15,670 nucleotides of DNA from Candidatus Dadabacteria bacterium (GCA_040289575.1 PSLL01000004.1:25883-41552), one strand, 5' to 3'; shown: positions 1 to 8,853, counted from the stretch's first letter. The notes: generated by a model from the sequence alone, not told the origin. Program-made: numbers and translations.

Positions 1-1697
1 CCCCCCGCCGATTGTCCGAGACTACTAATGGTCCCGGTCTGCCCCCCTTGAAATAGAGTTCCGGTCTGTCCCCCCAGATATTGGCCTCCGAAGGTTCCCC
101 CTCCCAATCTCCCCAGCCCACCCAATCCAGTGGTTCCTCCTATCCCTCTGCGTGAGGATGGCTGCACGGGTACTGCAGCTCCACCCCCTCCAGAGATTAA
201 ATTAGAGAGAACACTGACCACCCCTGCAGCGTTTGCGTTTTGAAGGCGAATTACATATATTCCCTGCTCCGGCTGTTCTATCTCAACGTCGAGCTTTTCA
301 ATTACCGCTTTAATCTTGGCCATATCCTGAGGACGGGCGATTATTATGAGCGAATTGGTTCTTTCATCCGTGATTATTTTAAGCCCTAAAACCCCCTGCC
401 CTCCCCCCCCTGTTCCCGATGTAGCACGGGTTGGAACTCGTGCAGGACGCCTTTGAACCGGTGCCTGAAACACACCCGGCTGAGTAGTAGGAGTAGATTC
501 AACATTGGGAGACAGGCTCTCCCCCCCAAAGATTGCCGTGAGTTTATCGGCGACGTCTGCGGCATCGGCGTGTTTAATCTTTATGAATTCAATTCTGGTT
601 TCCGCATCAACATTTTCAATAATCTTGAGAATTCGGTTAAGATTCGACGCCGTATCTATGATAATGAGTGTATTCGAAGACGGGTAGGCTATGACATCCC
701 CTTCTTTGGAGACAAGTGGCTTTAGCGCATTTGCGATCTCTGCGGCGTTTATGTTCTTAAGCGGAACGAGTCTTGTAACGAACTTATCTGAGGGAGAGCC
801 GTATTCAAGCCCGATGCCCGTAGGAAGGCTCTCGGTTTTTACATCCCTCTTGGGAATTATCTTACTTATACCATTTTCCTTTACTATTGCGAACCCGTTT
901 AAGTCTAAGATTGCCTCAAAGAGCCTTAGAGCATTCTGCTTTTTAAACCCCTCTCGGGGCGTCACTATTGTTACCCTCTTGCCCTTTACCGATTCATCCA
1001 GAATGAACGTCTGACCGGTGATTTCACTCATAGTCTGAATCAGGTCCCTTATGTCCATCTCATTCTGAAGGTTTATTACCTCTTCTTCAGAGGTGGCTGT
1101 CTGCACCGCCCTAGGTTGCTTTATCTGGGATTGTAGGAATTCTTCCTGAAATCTTATTCTCCCTCCCTGGGCAGAGGCCCTTTCTTGAGGAATCTCCAAG
1201 ACCTGTCCTACGGTTACCCTGCCGCTCCTAAGGTTATTAACACTTTTTAGTTCTTCAACAGGGACCCGAAATCTTTTTGCTATACTATATAACGTGTCTC
1301 CCTCCTTAACCGTGTAACTTGCCTTTCCCGCAATTGAAGATTTCGTCTCCTGTTTCTTTATGCCTATACTTTGCGGTTGGGAAACCTCTTCTGTAATTCC
1401 CGGAGTCGGAGCCACAGTTTCTTCCTGTTCGGCTTCTTCGCCTGTTTGAATCCCCCCTTTGTTGCCCTGAGCAATTGTAATCCGACCTATCTTTTCGGTA
1501 GACGCCTTATCTGATTCTATCCCCCCTTGCCATTCCCCTAGAGCATTATAATAAAGAAAGCGGGGTATCTGGAAACTGTTATCATCGTATTCGCCGTATA
1601 CGCTACCAAGGCTTGGCTGAGGAAGGGCTCGAGCGTAATGTCCGTCTAAAGCCAGAATAATCATAGAGATCAACAAAGGCTGAAAGGCTCTTTTCAT
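1..1697 (-). CDS. gspD: Type II secretion system secretin GspD with an N-terminal LysM domain (5' part, ~565 aa; runs off the left edge)
   Basis: Manual translation from ATG at 1697 (AAGGA upstream) is open to the window edge. It reads: signal peptide [24 protein letters not shown]; Lys[45 protein letters not shown]0 [34 protein letters not shown]; secretin N-repeats [72 protein letters not shown]. It lies directly downstream of gspC. Confidence 0.93.
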   Translation of the reverse strand, partial: MKRAFQPLLISMIILALDGHYARALPQPSLGSVYGEYDDNSFQIPRFLYYNALGEWQGGIESDKASTEKIGRITIAQGNKGGIQTGEEAEQEETVAPTPGITEEVSQPQSIGIKKQETKSSIAGKASYTVKEGDTLYSIAKRFRVPVEELKSVNNLRSGRVTVGQVLEIPQERASAQGGRIRFQEEFLQSQIKQPRAVQTATSEEEVINLQNEMDIRDLIQTMSEITGQTFILDESVKGKRVTIVTPREGFKKQNALRLFEAILDLNGFAIVKENGISKIIPKRDVKTESLPTGIGLEYGSPSDKFVTRLVPLKNINAAEIANALKPLVSKEGDVIAYPSSNTLIIIDTASNLNRILKIIENVDAETRIEFIKIKHADAADVADKLTAIFGGESLSPNVESTPTTQPGVFQAPVQRRPARVPTRATSGTGGGGQGVLGLKIITDERTNSLIIIARPQDMAKIKAVIEKLDVEIEQPEQGIYVIRLQNANAAGVVSVLSNLISGGGGAAVPVQPSSRRGIGGTTGLGGLGRLGGGTFGGQYLGGQTGTLFQGGQTGTISSLGQSAG

Positions 1698-1830
1698 ATC
1701 GTGGATTCCTTTTATATCACGTAGTCATCGAGAATTCTATTTTTCATTCCGAACTCTTACTCTACCTCTGTGCCCAAATTCAACATTCCACCAACCGTTT
1801 TTTGACCCCCTCCATATAATATTGCTTCTT

Positions 1831-2787
1831 CTATCTAACCGTGTATTGATATGTCAGATCCTGTCCCCCCCTTGTAATGTCTATACTAAAGCGGGATTGC
1901 TCCCTTAGCTCTTGAAATACGGCAAAGGCGTTTTCGATGTTATCAAGCTCCACATTGTTTATCCTATGCACCACATCCCCGTTTCTAATCCCTATCTTAA
2001 AGAAGATACTATTGGGCCTTATGGCAAAAAACCTCAGCCCGTCTTCCTGTGGAATGGCACGGGCTTGAGTTAAGAGCTGATTTGGGTCATTCAGAGCATC
2101 ATTTAGCATCTTTTGATCAATTTCATAAACCCCTTCAGATACCTCCCTTATCCCCTCGCCTTCAACCTGCGGCATGCCCGAATTCTGTGCAGAAACGTTC
2201 TCTTTTCTACCGTGCGGAAGCCTTCCCAACGACGCAAAACCCCGGCCCGACTGAGGGTGAGAAGAGAAAACGTTGCCCATATCCTTTTTACATTTTATCG
2301 TCTCAGGCCCATCAGAGCGCTCAACTATGGCGATACAGTTTTCAACCTTCCCAAGCTTTACATTCTCAGAGGTAATTATGTCAATTACATCCCCCGGAGC
2401 GTAGCCCCGAATCTTGCCGTTATCAAGGTTCTTTATAACGGCGGTAGATTTTTCCCCAGGTTTGAGAACAGTTCCGAGGAGTTCGAGATTAAGTGTAGTC
2501 TGAGGAACACTGTTTGGATTCAGGTCGCCTGAGCCCAGAGATGTATTTCTTAAGCCAAATATGTTTCTCCTTAATATAACATTATAAGAATCACGAGGAT
2601 ATATTGGTTTAATATCTGTACTTTCATATTTGGCAACGGCAATCAAATTACGGCGAGCCTCAGATAAAGGAGGAAACACACTTTTTCTAATCTCATCGCC
2701 CACAATCCGGGCTATAGAATAAGAAAGTCCTGCAATAAGTATGAGGTTTATAACCCAGATATATTTCTTCAGAAGCGATACAATCAT
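1831..2787 (-). CDS. gspC: Type II secretion system protein GspC (TM anchor, HR domain, C-terminal PDZ domain)
   Basis: N-terminal TM helix, RRNIFG motif, T-L-N-L-E-L-L-G-T HR domain start, PDZ-like C-terminus (IFFKIGIRNGDVVHRINNVEL..IDITRGGQ); adjacent to gspD. Confidence 0.9.
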   Translation of the reverse strand: MIVSLLKKYIWVINLILIAGLSYSIARIVGDEIRKSVFPPLSEARRNLIAVAKYESTDIKPIYPRDSYNVILRRNIFGLRNTSLGSGDLNPNSVPQTTLNLELLGTVLKPGEKSTAVIKNLDNGKIRGYAPGDVIDIITSENVKLGKVENCIAIVERSDGPETIKCKKDMGNVFSSHPQSGRGFASLGRLPHGRKENVSAQNSGMPQVEGEGIREVSEGVYEIDQKMLNDALNDPNQLLTQARAIPQEDGLRFFAIRPNSIFFKIGIRNGDVVHRINNVELDNIENAFAVFQELREQSRFSIDITRGGQDLTYQYTVR

Positions 2788-2803
2788 TTAAGTAGATTGA
2801 TTA

Positions 2804-2844
2804 ATTATAGCTAAAAAAATAAAGCGTTTTACTTTATAAGTCAA
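2804..2844 (-). promoter_or_regulatory. Putative sigma70 promoter for gspC-gspD
   Basis: On the minus strand TTGACT (2844-2839), 17 bp, TATTTT (2821-2816); a perfect TATAAT also lies at 2809-2804, 16 nt before the gspC ATG. Confidence 0.5.
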
Positions 2845-2919
2845 GAGCAATTCCACCCTACACCTACCTTTTCTAAGTAGGACATATACTCATACGCCTC
2901 TACAAAATAAGAATCATCT

Positions 2920-3969
2920 CTATATGTTATTTTTTATCTCCTCCTTCAGGTAACTGGTGGCTGCTTCTGGGGGTGTGGGGTTTATAAAGAACCCTGCGCC
3001 CCATTCAAACCCCGCTATACTCGTAAGGCGTGGAATTAGCTCTATGTGCCAATGGAAATCGAAATCAATCGAATCCCAGTGCTGAGGTTGACCAGGGCGG
3101 TAGAATTTAGGGGGGGATGTATGTATCACAAAATTATAAGGCGGGTCATTCAAGAGCCTTTTGATTGATGTAAGGCAGAGCTTTAGCACAGGGGCGAGAT
3201 CCCTTAGCTCTTCGTCGCTCAGCATAGAAAAATCATGCAGGTGTTTCTTAGGGAGTACCCATGTCTCAAATGGAAAGCTCGAAGCAAATGGGGCCCATAT
3301 AATGTAGTCTTTTGTCTCATAAACGATCCTTGCCCCAAACTCGATTTCCTGTTTTATGAGATCACATATAAGACACCTCTCTTTGGCTCTGAAGTTCTCC
3401 CTGCAGCTGGTAAGCTCCTGCTTTACCACAGGCGGAACCATAGGGGTTGCGATAAGCTGTGAGTGTGTGTGCGCAAGCGATGCCCCAGCCTGAGCCTTGT
3501 GATTTTTGAATATCAATATATACCGAAGTCTAGGATCATGAAACAGGTCTCTTATCCTCTCCCTAAAAGTCACAAGTACATCCCTAATCCAATCCACATC
3601 GAGGTCGCCGAGACTCTTGCCGTGGTCAGGGGTTTCTATAATTACCTCATGTGCTCCGGCGCCACTTACTACATCAAATATCCCCATCCCATACCTAATC
3701 GCATGATCCTCTATCTGGAGAGCGGGGAATTTATTTGGAACAACCCTTACCCTCCATCCAGGGAAGTTGGGCTTTGACTCGTTCCTCCTTATTGCAAAGA
3801 TTTCAGGAGGGGTTTTTTCCTCCGAACCCTCACAGAAAGGACACACAAACACCGTCTTATCCGACTTATCATCTTGTTGAGCAATTGTATAATCACTCGG
3901 CCTTCTTGCCCTTTCAGGCGATATTATCACCCATCTATTTCTAATTGGGTCAAATCTAAGCTCACGCAT
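2920..3969 (-). CDS. galT: Galactose-1-phosphate uridylyltransferase family (GalT-like) hexose-1-phosphate nucleotidyltransferase
   Basis: MRELRFDP..WVIISPERARRP N-terminus, CPFC zinc motif, RVVPNKFPAL, GAHEVIIETPDH, catalytic GASLAHTHSQ (HxHxQ), FHWHIELIPRL..AGFEWG; GGAGG ribosome-binding site. Confidence 0.9.
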   Translation of the reverse strand: MRELRFDPIRNRWVIISPERARRPSDYTIAQQDDKSDKTVFVCPFCEGSEEKTPPEIFAIRRNESKPNFPGWRVRVVPNKFPALQIEDHAIRYGMGIFDVVSGAGAHEVIIETPDHGKSLGDLDVDWIRDVLVTFRERIRDLFHDPRLRYILIFKNHKAQAGASLAHTHSQLIATPMVPPVVKQELTSCRENFRAKERCLICDLIKQEIEFGARIVYETKDYIIWAPFASSFPFETWVLPKKHLHDFSMLSDEELRDLAPVLKLCLTSIKRLLNDPPYNFVIHTSPPKFYRPGQPQHWDSIDFDFHWHIELIPRLTSIAGFEWGAGFFINPTPPEAATSYLKEEIKNNI

Positions 3970-4095
3970 CCAGTCCTCCAGATAATAGCCAATAAAAGCT
4001 CGGCCATATATAAAATATCAGGAATCGGCTAGAACCTCGCCGCGAGTCGGTGATTGATTTATATCTATTTGTTTATACATCTTATATTGCATCTA

Positions 4096-4125
4096 ATCCT
4101 AATACTTTACTCATGCCCTTGTCAA
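4096..4125 (-). promoter_or_regulatory. Putative sigma70 promoter for galT
   Basis: On the minus strand perfect TTGACA (4125-4120), 18 bp, TAGGAT (4101-4096), in an AT-rich 258-bp spacer. Confidence 0.45.
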
Positions 4126-4227
4126 GAATTTGTGTAGAAAGGTATAAATAGATATACACTCATATTGCGGGAAAAGCCGTATCACTTCAATCGGAGAATT
4201 CTTCAAAGAGAATAACAATGAAAAAAA

Positions 4228-5151
4228 TCAGGCAGAAGGGTTTGAAAGAATCCTGCTGCCGCCTTTATAAATAATTTTTCTTGCAAGCTCCTGTCCGGCG
4301 GATCTATAATTCTGCACCGACTCTTCGATTTCCTCTCTGACCACCTCCCTGCCATCTGGAGAAGCTATTAACCCAATGATTCTAATTCTATTATCTAGAA
4401 CCGAGGCATGGCACCCTACGGGAACCTCACAACTGCCGCCAAATCCCTCAAGAAATGCCCTTTCGGAGAAGACGGCAATTCGTGAATCTTCATGATTAAT
4501 TTGAGAAAGTATGCCTATAACCTCTTTATCATCCGCCCTACACTCAACTGCCACTGCGCCCTGCCCCGGAGCAGGAACAAGAACATCAACAGGAAAGCAT
4601 TCTGTGATCTCGTCTCTAAATCCCAACCTCTCCAAACCCGCAAGCGCAAGCACAATGGAGTCAAGCCCCTGGGTTTTTAATTTTCTCAATCTCGTATCAA
4701 CATTTCCCCTAAGTGAAAAAACCTGAATGTCAGGACGGATATGGAGAATTTGAGCCTGGCGCCTGAGACTACTCGTCCCAACCCTTGCTCCTTTCGGGAG
4801 ATGATCGAATTTAATACCCGCCTTTGATACAAGGGCATCCCTTGGGTCATGCCTCTCGGCTACCGCTCCGATTACTAGTCCTTCGGGAAGAGATGTCGGA
4901 ACATCTTTCATACTGTGGACGGCAAGGTCAATTTCACACCGAAGAAGAGTCTCTTCAATCTCCTTTACAAAAGCCCCCTTACCGCCGATTTTAGAAAGAG
5001 GCACATTGAGAACCTTATCTCCGATCGTTTGGATTTGATGTATCTCTATCTCTATTCCGGGGAATTTACTCTCTACAAGGCTCCTTATGAACCCGGCCTG
5101 CCAGAGCGCAAGGCGGCTTCCTCTACTCCCAATCCTTAATGTCTGCCTCAT
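4228..5151 (-). CDS. hemC: Hydroxymethylbilane synthase (porphobilinogen deaminase)
   Basis: IGSRGSRLALWQA, GKGAFVKEIE, DLAVHSMKDVP, GTSSLRR, LRGNVDTRLRKL, PAPGQGA, cofactor-binding Cys in GGSCEVP; overlaps hemA by 29 nt. Confidence 0.97.
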   Translation of the reverse strand: MRQTLRIGSRGSRLALWQAGFIRSLVESKFPGIEIEIHQIQTIGDKVLNVPLSKIGGKGAFVKEIEETLLRCEIDLAVHSMKDVPTSLPEGLVIGAVAERHDPRDALVSKAGIKFDHLPKGARVGTSSLRRQAQILHIRPDIQVFSLRGNVDTRLRKLKTQGLDSIVLALAGLERLGFRDEITECFPVDVLVPAPGQGAVAVECRADDKEVIGILSQINHEDSRIAVFSERAFLEGFGGSCEVPVGCHASVLDNRIRIIGLIASPDGREVVREEIEESVQNYRSAGQELARKIIYKGGSRILSNPSA

Positions 5152-6436
5152 CTTCTAAGAATTCAAACTCTGTATCGAGTTGGAACAGCCTTTTTATTGC
5201 ATCCACATATAGAGCACCGATGGAACCAGAGGATTCCTTTTTGAGATTTGTTAGCGGACTATGTAGAATCTTCCCTATAATCCCTGATGCCATGGCTTCA
5301 ATTATATTCTTCTCCCTCTCCGAAATATCCCCAATCCTGCGAAGCGCCCTTTTAACCTCAGCCGATCTAATCTCTTCAAATCTCTTCTTAAGTGATATTA
5401 TTGCGGGAACTACACTCAAACCATCAAGCCACCTCTGAAAATCCCTCTCCCCTTGAATGGCAATCTCTTCTGCCCTCCTAGCATTCTCTCGCCTTATCCT
5501 CAGATTCTCATCTAGCACCCCTTGCAGGTCATCAACATCATAGAGATATACGTTTTCAATCTCCTCTACCCTTGGGTCAATATCTCGTGGAACAGCTATA
5601 TCTATCATAAACATAGGTTCATTCTTCCTCAGCCTCATTGCCTCACGCACGTGCTGTGGTCTGATTATAAAGTCCTGTGAACCCGTGGCCGTAATCACTA
5701 TATCCACATTCCTCAAAAAATAGTGTATCTCCTCTATTCTCACCGGCTTCCCTCTGAGCCTGTGTGCAAGCTCCTCGGCACCCTCCAATGTGCGGTTCGC
5801 AATTAGCAGTTCCCTTATTCCTATCCCCGACAGGTGCTTTGCCGCAAGCTCCGCCATTTCCCCCGCACCTATGACCATTACATTCCTCTTTGACAGATCA
5901 TGAAAGATCCTCTTTGCTAGCTGAGCGGCGGCATTACCCACAGAAACCCCTTGGGTTCCAATCTTGGTCTCTGCCCTTACCTTCTTTGCTACAAAAAAGG
6001 CACTGTGAAAGAGCCGATTGAGAATTAGCCCGGTAGTCCCCTTCAAATTAGCCGTCTTATAAGCCTCCTTTACCTGCCCCAGTATTTGAGGTTCCCCTAT
6101 TACCATAGAGTCCAGGCTCGATGCCACCCTAAATAGATGCCCTACGGCTGTATGGCCAAACAAAACATAGAGATAAGAGGAGAAAAAATCCAGAGGTATC
6201 CTATGAAACTCACAGAGGAATTCTTTGATCTCTCTTACGCATTGATCGGCATCCCCCGATACAGCATAAACCTCAACGCGGTTACAAGTGGAGAGCACAG
6301 AACACTCTTCAACGCTCTTTTTCTGATATAGCTTGATAAGACCCTCTTCAATCGCTTCTTGAGAGAATGAAAATCGCTCCCTTACCTCAACCGGAGCGCT
6401 CTTATGATTAAGTCCCACAAGAACTATCTGCACCAT
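5123..6436 (-). CDS. hemA: Glutamyl-tRNA reductase
   Basis: GLNHKSAPVEVRE, catalytic STCNRVE, SLDSMVIGEPQILGQVK, IGAGEM NADPH motif, DIAVPRDID. Confidence 0.97.
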   Translation of the reverse strand: MVQIVLVGLNHKSAPVEVRERFSFSQEAIEEGLIKLYQKKSVEECSVLSTCNRVEVYAVSGDADQCVREIKEFLCEFHRIPLDFFSSYLYVLFGHTAVGHLFRVASSLDSMVIGEPQILGQVKEAYKTANLKGTTGLILNRLFHSAFFVAKKVRAETKIGTQGVSVGNAAAQLAKRIFHDLSKRNVMVIGAGEMAELAAKHLSGIGIRELLIANRTLEGAEELAHRLRGKPVRIEEIHYFLRNVDIVITATGSQDFIIRPQHVREAMRLRKNEPMFMIDIAVPRDIDPRVEEIENVYLYDVDDLQGVLDENLRIRRENARRAEEIAIQGERDFQRWLDGLSVVPAIISLKKRFEEIRSAEVKRALRRIGDISEREKNIIEAMASGIIGKILHSPLTNLKKESSGSIGALYVDAIKRLFQLDTEFEFLEDEADIKDWE

Positions 6437-6667
6437 TTAAATAAATTACTGGGAGGATTCCTAACTTACCTACTTCCAGAATTTATACCGAATTCATTTA
6501 AGTATATAACAAAATTAAAACTTGATTAAGAACCTGCATAACTTCCCGGAGTTTTAAGATAGGAACAGATAGTACATAGGTTGGGGAAAGATTTCAAGGC
6601 CGACTTCTATACACTCTGCTTTTGGTTCGATATGCACTCAAGAAGCACGGCGATCTATAAACTTTTA

Positions 6668-7312
6668 TCACCTCTCCTTTCCCCTCTTTCTTATCTCCCA
6701 GGGTTTCATATCATTCTCCCAAAATCTCTGCTCTCTCCATGGGTCGCCGTACATGTGGTAGCCTCTAAGCTCCCAGAATCCAGGCTCATCTTCAATCATA
6801 AACTCTATTCTGTTAACGTACTTTGCACTCTTCCATGCGTAAAGCTGAGGAATAACGAGACGAAGAGGAAATCCATGTTCAGGCTCAAGCGGTCTGCCAT
6901 TGAGATTATAGGCAAAAAGAGAATCCTCTTTAAGAAAATCCTCAATCGGAACGTTTGTCGTATATCCCTCCATACAGTGGATCATCAGGTATTTCGCTTC
7001 GGGATTAGGCTCGACTAAATCATAAATGGTTCTTGTGCTTACCCCTTCCCAGAGCATATTTTGCTTTGACCACTTTGTGACGCAGTGAAAATCCGCAAGC
7101 ACCTCCACCTTAGGGAGTTTTATAAATTCATCCCATGTGATTACTTTTTCCTCCTTTACTTCGCCACTTATCACAAAACGCCATTTTTCTTTGTTGAATG
7201 CCGGTCTAGGGGCGATGTCATAGACGGGGAATTTTTGGGTTATAACCTGCCCCGGCGGGATTCTCCTCTGATGAGTAACAGTTGGGCTTATGATTTTTTT
7301 CGTTTCGCTCAT
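6668..7312 (-). CDS. Sulfite oxidase-like molybdopterin-binding oxidoreductase (YuiH/MsrP-related, no export signal)
   Basis: RIPPGQ, Mo-ligating Cys in DFHCVTKWS, WEGV, YTTNVP, HGFPLRLVIPQLYAWKSAKY, GFWELRGYH. Start moved from 7405 to ATG 7312 (AAGGAAG upstream); 214 aa. Confidence 0.88.
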   Translation of the reverse strand: MSETKKIISPTVTHQRRIPPGQVITQKFPVYDIAPRPAFNKEKWRFVISGEVKEEKVITWDEFIKLPKVEVLADFHCVTKWSKQNMLWEGVSTRTIYDLVEPNPEAKYLMIHCMEGYTTNVPIEDFLKEDSLFAYNLNGRPLEPEHGFPLRLVIPQLYAWKSAKYVNRIEFMIEDEPGFWELRGYHMYGDPWREQRFWENDMKPWEIRKRGKER

Positions 7313-7375
7313 TTTGTCTTCCTTTTTATTAGCCTCGAATGAACGCAAGTTCACGCGAATAAAACAGGTTTTGTT

Positions 7376-7396
7376 GTAGGAGCGGCTTCCAGCGAT
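7376..7396 (+). repeat. Degenerate GTAG-type REP-like element
   Basis: GTAGGAGCGGCTTCCAGCGAT resembles the GTAG-GCGGCT..AGCCGCGA REP pattern with a shortened right arm; single copy in the window. Confidence 0.4.
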
Positions 7397-7481
7397 TAGT
7401 ATCACACCAGAGATGGTGCTCTTACTCTCGTTGTTTGTCTTGCGTCTAACGGTTACTAAAGACCAATAGCTACGCGTTATT

Positions 7482-8186
7482 TTACAACACCCCTCCTACG
7501 GGCATAATGACTATCTCCTCGGTCAAAGTTCCTCCGGGCTGTTTATATATATTCACAACGGCTCTTGCAACGTCTTCGGGTTTCATCATCCTCGTTCTAT
7601 CCCAATTCCCCGGAATCTCATTCCAGAGAGGCGTGTCTGTAGGCCCAGGAATAATAGCCGTGACCTTTATTCCTATTCCTCTGAGTTCCTCCCTTATAGA
7701 ATTTGTAAAACCAATAAGCCCGGACTTTGAGGCGCAGTATGCAGACCAATTTGGAAACCCTGTCTTAGAGGCGACGGAGGCTATGTTGAATATATGCCCC
7801 CCTTCTCCCATGAATCCAAGGGCATATTTTGTCATAAGAAAGGCTCCGGTCAAATTTACCCTAATCGTCTGCTCCCATTTAGACAAGTCTAGGCGGGAAA
7901 CAGATTCTACAAAAGCGACCCCCGCATTATTAACAAGGGCATTTATATTACCGCTGATCCGGGAAATCCGATTTATAAAACTCTTAACCTCCTCTTCAAC
8001 CCCAACATCGCATACAACGGCTAAGGCCTCTCCGCCTCTTTCTTTTATCTCCCTTTCAACCGCCTTTATACTACTGAGCGTTCTTGCGCATATTACAACC
8101 GCTGCCCCTTCCTTAGCAAATTCAAAGGCTATCTCCTTTCCTATTCCTTTTCCCGCCCCTGTAACAACTACGATCTCTCTATTCAT
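7482..8186 (-). CDS. NADPH-type SDR oxidoreductase, probable sepiapterin reductase (Chlorobium type)
   Basis: TGAGKGIG, NNAG, catalytic S..YCASK, basic residue after beta2 (CART). C-terminal TPLW..MMKPEDVA..VV..Y.QP..T..EEI..P..G matches my recollection of Chlorobium tepidum sepiapterin reductase. ATGA overlap with folE. Confidence 0.8.
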   Translation of the reverse strand: MNREIVVVTGAGKGIGKEIAFEFAKEGAAVVICARTLSSIKAVEREIKERGGEALAVVCDVGVEEEVKSFINRISRISGNINALVNNAGVAFVESVSRLDLSKWEQTIRVNLTGAFLMTKYALGFMGEGGHIFNIASVASKTGFPNWSAYCASKSGLIGFTNSIREELRGIGIKVTAIIPGPTDTPLWNEIPGNWDRTRMMKPEDVARAVVNIYKQPGGTLTEEIVIMPVGGVL

Positions 8187-8737
8187 TTGTACTTTCCTAT
8201 AAAGCTCAGGAATTCCATCCTAGTCCTTTCATCCTCTTTAAAAGCCCCGTGCATTGCGCTTGTTATCATCTTGGCTTCTGCCTTTTTAATCCCTCTCATC
8301 GCCATGCAGAGATGGTAGCCCTCCGCAACAACCGCCACTCCGTCCGGGTTTAGAACCTCGTTGAGTAAATCCGCAATCTCTATTGTCATCCTCTCTTGAA
8401 CCTGAAGCCTCCGTGAGAACATCTCAACGATTCTCGGAATCTTACTTAGCCCAATTATCTTTCCGTTTGGAGTATATGCCACGTGACATACACCAAAAAA
8501 TGGAAGTAGATGATGCTCGCAGAGGCTGTAAAATTCTATATCCTTTACAACCACCATCTCATCATATTTTATATCAAATATCGCACCATTAATTATCTCC
8601 TGAGGTGATACCCTGTATCCCGCAGTGAGTTCTCTATACATCCTTAAGATTCTATCAGGCGTGCCTTTAAGCCCCTGACGCTCAGGGTCTTCTCCAATCT
8701 CACGAAGAATCTCCCTTACCGCTTTCTCAATGCTCAT
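8183..8737 (-). CDS. folE: GTP cyclohydrolase I (type IA)
   Basis: IGEDPERQGLKGTPDR, SLCEHHLLPFFG, GLSKIPR, RRLQVQER, HLCMAMRG. ATG 8737 preferred over TTG 8758 because GAGGAGG lies upstream of it. Confidence 0.96.
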   Translation of the reverse strand: MSIEKAVREILREIGEDPERQGLKGTPDRILRMYRELTAGYRVSPQEIINGAIFDIKYDEMVVVKDIEFYSLCEHHLLPFFGVCHVAYTPNGKIIGLSKIPRIVEMFSRRLQVQERMTIEIADLLNEVLNPDGVAVVAEGYHLCMAMRGIKKAEAKMITSAMHGAFKEDERTRMEFLSFIGKYK

Positions 8738-8791
8738 GCTGTCGTCTTTCCTCCTCAAAAGATTTAAACACCAATGAACGCAAATATAAAA

Positions 8792-8842
8792 TCAGAAGCC
8801 GGGGGTCAGAGGTATCTTTCTGTATTCTACCTCCTGAATTCT
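8792..8842. repeat. Degenerate heptamer tandem repeats in inverted arrangement
   Basis: TCAGAAG-CCGGGGG-TCAGAGG followed by TTCTGTA-TTCTACC-TCCTGAA-TTCT. Confidence 0.4.
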
Positions 8843-8853
8843 TCTTTGCACTT

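Noticed and set aside
391..530. Poly-C runs of 7-8 nt as phase-variation tracts
   Set aside because: They are Gly codons of the gspD low-complexity loop, and the frame is intact.
453..1014. Three plus-strand ORFs (453-725, 505-687, 691-1014)
   Set aside because: Antisense shadows of gspD with no recognisable motifs.
5123..5151. 29-nt hemA/hemC overlap
   Set aside because: Short overlaps in hem operons are ordinary; both proteins look full length.
2049..7342. Short plus-strand ORFs opposite gspC, galT, hemC, hemA and the molybdoenzyme
   Set aside because: They lie antisense to well-supported genes and have no protein-family features.
7313..7405. 31-aa N-terminal extension of the molybdoenzyme from GTG 7405
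   Set aside because: It runs through repeat/REP-like DNA; ATG 7312 has a ribosome-binding site and fits the family start.
7507..8202. 231-aa antisense ORF over the SDR
   Set aside because: Long antisense frames are a known by-product of SDR codon usage; no motifs.
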